From Microgenomates group bacterium (GTDB taxonomy: Bacteria > Patescibacteriota > Microgenomatia > PFEM01 > JBNASD01): a stretch of DNA of 64,000 nt. The notes beneath the pieces were generated by a model. It was not told where the DNA came from. It saw only the letters and a program-made list of their open reading frames with translations, and searched no databases. Shown in pieces: positions 61,487 to 64,000 of this stretch. Both the position numbers and the translations under genes were made by a program. The DNA lies in NCBI GenBank assembly GCA_049720225.1, contig JBNASD010000001.1, forward strand, positions 396,815-460,814, written 5' to 3'. Numbering within the stretch: position 1 is the stretch's first letter; each line of letters opens with the position of its first letter.

Positions 61487-61515
61487 ATTTTAACAAAGGT
61501 TTAAAAACTTAACAA
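61487..61515 (-). promoter_or_regulatory. rpsO promoter (leaderless geometry)
   Basis: TTGTTA-17-TAAAAT with extended TG, 7 nt before the ATG, no SD. Confidence 0.7.
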
Positions 61516-61529
61516 GAAGAAATATTATA

Positions 61530-62324
61530 TCATATAGAACCATTTCCTTTATAAATTTTAGGAGTAAACCAATCAGAAGGTATTTGTTCTTCTTTCTTTT
61601 TCTCTTCAATAACTTTCTCTTCTTTTTCTTCCCTTCTTCCTCCTCTTCTTCCTCCATTTTTTAAACAAAAAACTGCTGCTTCAAAAGCATCCACGCCTGC
61701 TTTAAGACCAAAATTTTCCGTTCCTTTTTCCAAACCATATAAAAGATTAGTGGCAATATCTTCATCAATTGGTAAATTATATAAAGCAATAAATTTTGTG
61801 ATTAATGAAGACCAACAAGAATAGGAAAAATCTTTCAATCTTAACGACTTGACATTTTCTTTTTTAAATAATTGGGAATAATTTTGAGAAATTTCCTCCA
61901 ACTCGTCAATGTTATTAACATCCATTAATAAAATTAAATCCGCTTCTACATCGGTTGAGGAAAAATTTAATTCCTCAGGTTTCAAAGGAGGATATCCTTC
62001 CTTAGGCCGAATAATTAAATCAAAAGTCTCTTCTCCCTCATTGTAGCTTACTTTTTCAATTATTTTTTTAGGTAAAGAAATAATCAATCCTCTTCCTTCG
62101 GGTTTATTTTTAATTTTATCTACCCCTACTAAATGAGAAAACCCAACAGTAATTGGGGAATAAGAAATTAAAGAAACCTCTTTTTTGTTTTTTTTTAAAG
62201 AAAGATATAAAGAAAGAGCCGCTGCCAATCTATCTTCTTCTAATTCTTTTGGCAAGAAAATAAAAATGGTTTGGGCAGAATTTATTAAAGAATGAAGTTG
62301 AGTTAAATCCTGCAAAAAATCCAT
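61530..62324 (-). CDS. Degenerate DHH/NrnA-like protein
   Basis: D.LAAALSLY, DLILLMD and IATNLLYGL resemble the DHH fold, but there is no DHH triad; sits downstream of infB as nrnA often does. Confidence 0.6.
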   Translation of the reverse strand: MDFLQDLTQLHSLINSAQTIFIFLPKELEEDRLAAALSLYLSLKKNKKEVSLISYSPITVGFSHLVGVDKIKNKPEGRGLIISLPKKIIEKVSYNEGEETFDLIIRPKEGYPPLKPEELNFSSTDVEADLILLMDVNNIDELEEISQNYSQLFKKENVKSLRLKDFSYSCWSSLITKFIALYNLPIDEDIATNLLYGLEKGTENFGLKAGVDAFEAAVFCLKNGGRRGGRREEKEEKVIEEKKKEEQIPSDWFTPKIYKGNGSI

Positions 62325-63797
62325 TTATTGGGGCAGCTTCTTAAATGATATTATCACATCACCAATTTTAAAGTCAATTCCTTCAAAAATTGCTCCAAAT
62401 TCCTCTCCTTTAATTACTTTATTAACATCTTCTTTTCCTTTCTTTAAAGAAACTATTTTTCCATCTCCAATAATTTCTCCTCTTCTTTTAAGATGAATGG
62501 GAAACTGTTTGTGAATTTCCCCTTCTTTCACTCTTCCGCCAGCTACTCTTTGATTTTTCACCAAAAATTCCGCTAAAATTTCTGCCTCTCCTAAAATTTC
62601 TTCATCAATTGTTGGTTCTAAAATCTTTAGTACCTTCTTTTCTAATTCTTCTAAAAATTCATATATAATTTGGTAACTGCTAATTTTTACTTTTTCAAAT
62701 TCTGCTAATTTTTTAATTTTTCCCGAAATTTTAATATTAAAAGCGATAATTTCTGCTCCAGTAGTCTTCGCGAGTAAAACATCAGATTCTCCTATTTCCC
62801 CCGTTCCTGAAGCCACTACTTCTACTTCTTGAGGAAGGCTATTTAAAATTGCCTCTAATGTCCCTTGGGTATCTGTTTTTAAAATTATTTTAATCTTCTT
62901 TTCTTCCTTTTCGTTTGCCAGAAAAGAGGCAAATTCTTTTTTTTCTTTTGAAAATTCTTCTTTTCTAGTTTTGGTTACTCTCGCTCCTACTGGAGGTACT
63001 TCTTCAAATCCTAAAATTTCTACTGGTTGAGAAGGACCAGCAAAATCAATTGGCTTTCCTTTATCATCAACCATTAATTTTATTTTTCCCTTCACTTCTT
63101 CAGCGAAAATCTCCTCTCCTTTCTTTAAACTTCCATCTCTTATTAATACTGTCGCTAATGGGCCTCGACGCGGATCTAGCTTTGACTCAATTATTACTGC
63201 CTCTAATTCCTTTTGAGGGTTTCCTTTGATTTCATTAATTTCGCTTAATAAAATTATCATTTCTAAAAGATCTTTTATTCCCTGTCCAGTTTTTGCCGAA
63301 ACAGAAACCGCAGGAATTTTTCCTCCCCATTCTTCTACTAAAATATTATTTTCTGCTAAATTTCCCTTAAGCCAATTTAAATCAATATTTGGTAAGTCAA
63401 TTTTATTTATGGCCACAATAAAAGGAATTTTTGCTTCTTGAATATGTTTCAAACTTTCTAAAGTTTGTGGTTTCACTCCTTCATCAGCGGCTACTACTAA
63501 CACCGCTAAATCCGCCACCGTCGCCCCTCGGGAACGCATTTTAGAAAAAGCAACGTGACCAGGAGTGTCAATGAAAGTAATTTTTTCGACTTTACCTTCA
63601 GAAGTTTGAAAACTGACCTGATAAGCACCAATATGTTGACTAATTCCTCCGTATTCTTTTCTGGTTAAGTCTTCTTGATAAATTTGAGAAATTAAAGTGG
63701 TTTTTCCATGATCAACATGACCTAAAACCACTACAATTGGTGGCCTTTTTTGAAGTTTTTCTTCGATATCTTTTTTAAGATTGGTAGAAATTGCCAT
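62325..63797 (-). CDS. infB: Translation initiation factor IF-2 (short form)
   Basis: [34 protein letters not shown]. Confidence 0.97.
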   Translation of the reverse strand: MAISTNLKKDIEEKLQKRPPIVVVLGHVDHGKTTLISQIYQEDLTRKEYGGISQHIGAYQVSFQTSEGKVEKITFIDTPGHVAFSKMRSRGATVADLAVLVVAADEGVKPQTLESLKHIQEAKIPFIVAINKIDLPNIDLNWLKGNLAENNILVEEWGGKIPAVSVSAKTGQGIKDLLEMIILLSEINEIKGNPQKELEAVIIESKLDPRRGPLATVLIRDGSLKKGEEIFAEEVKGKIKLMVDDKGKPIDFAGPSQPVEILGFEEVPPVGARVTKTRKEEFSKEKKEFASFLANEKEEKKIKIILKTDTQGTLEAILNSLPQEVEVVASGTGEIGESDVLLAKTTGAEIIAFNIKISGKIKKLAEFEKVKISSYQIIYEFLEELEKKVLKILEPTIDEEILGEAEILAEFLVKNQRVAGGRVKEGEIHKQFPIHLKRRGEIIGDGKIVSLKKGKEDVNKVIKGEEFGAIFEGIDFKIGDVIISFKKLPQ

Positions 63798-63813
63798 CCT
63801 TTCACTTTAGTTA

Positions 63814-64000
63814 CTAATTCTTTTCTTCCTCTCTTTTATTTGATTTTTCTTTTTCTGATTTAATATCAATTTTATATCCGGTTAATTGAGAAGCTAAATT
63901 CACATTTTGACCATTTTTTCCAATCGCTAAAGAAAGTTGATCCTCTGGCACCCAAACAATTGCCTTCTTTTCTTTTTCATTAATTTCTACACGAGAGACC
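63814..64000 (-). CDS. nusA: Transcription factor NusA, C-terminal part (runs off window)
   Basis: Manual translation ...[31 protein letters not shown]...; upstream of infB. Confidence 0.93.
   Translation of the reverse strand, partial: VSRVEINEKEKKAIVWVPEDQLSLAIGKNGQNVNLASQLTGYKIDIKSEKEKSNKREEEKN

Noticed and set aside
6256-63441. Numerous 60-140 aa ORFs antisense or out of frame within housekeeping genes (e.g. 6452-6751, 21423-21728, 29708-30055, 51305-51727)
   Set aside because: They lie wholly or largely within well-supported genes, with no motifs or RBS; expected shadow ORFs.
1-64000. Alternative genetic code (UGA recoding as in Gracilibacteria/SR1)
   Set aside because: Conserved genes translate full length in code 11, and several end in TGA at the expected position (e.g. 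infA, rplN, rpoA).

Overview
AT-rich bacterial chromosome segment, almost entirely housekeeping genes on the minus strand. It looks like a Patescibacteria (CPR), Microgenomates-type genome; this is inferred from the absence of rpmD/L30 between rpsE and rplO, compact AlaRS/IF2/RpoB, a sortase next to a baseplate-J-like membrane protein, and DUF3048/DUF4446/DUF5679 genes. Contents in window order: secD start and upstream operon; RNase P RNA; miaB-miaA; a small accessory patch (orphan ORF, decayed ABC exporter flanking a transglutaminase-DegT-FemABX cassette, HU, two GH130-like genes); recA-recX-rny; tRNA-Pro(GGG); the rpoBC-str-S10-spc-alpha ribosomal supercluster; alaS-sortase-yqgF-mltG; and nusA-infB-rpsO-pnp-Lon(AAA only)-udg-rnj-ftsK-rodZ. 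No CRISPR array, rRNA, transposase or prophage was seen. The best leads are non-coding or hidden from the ORF track: a candidate attenuator leader before rplC, a three-way-junction RNA leader before rny, an unannotated 26-aa basic peptide behind a hairpin switch, many apparently leaderless genes, and 7-nt repeat insertions in miaA/miaB. Protein-level leads are a protease-less Lon ATPase in an RNA-decay operon and the transglutaminase-aminotransferase-Fem cassette. All family calls are by motif recognition; no database searches were run.
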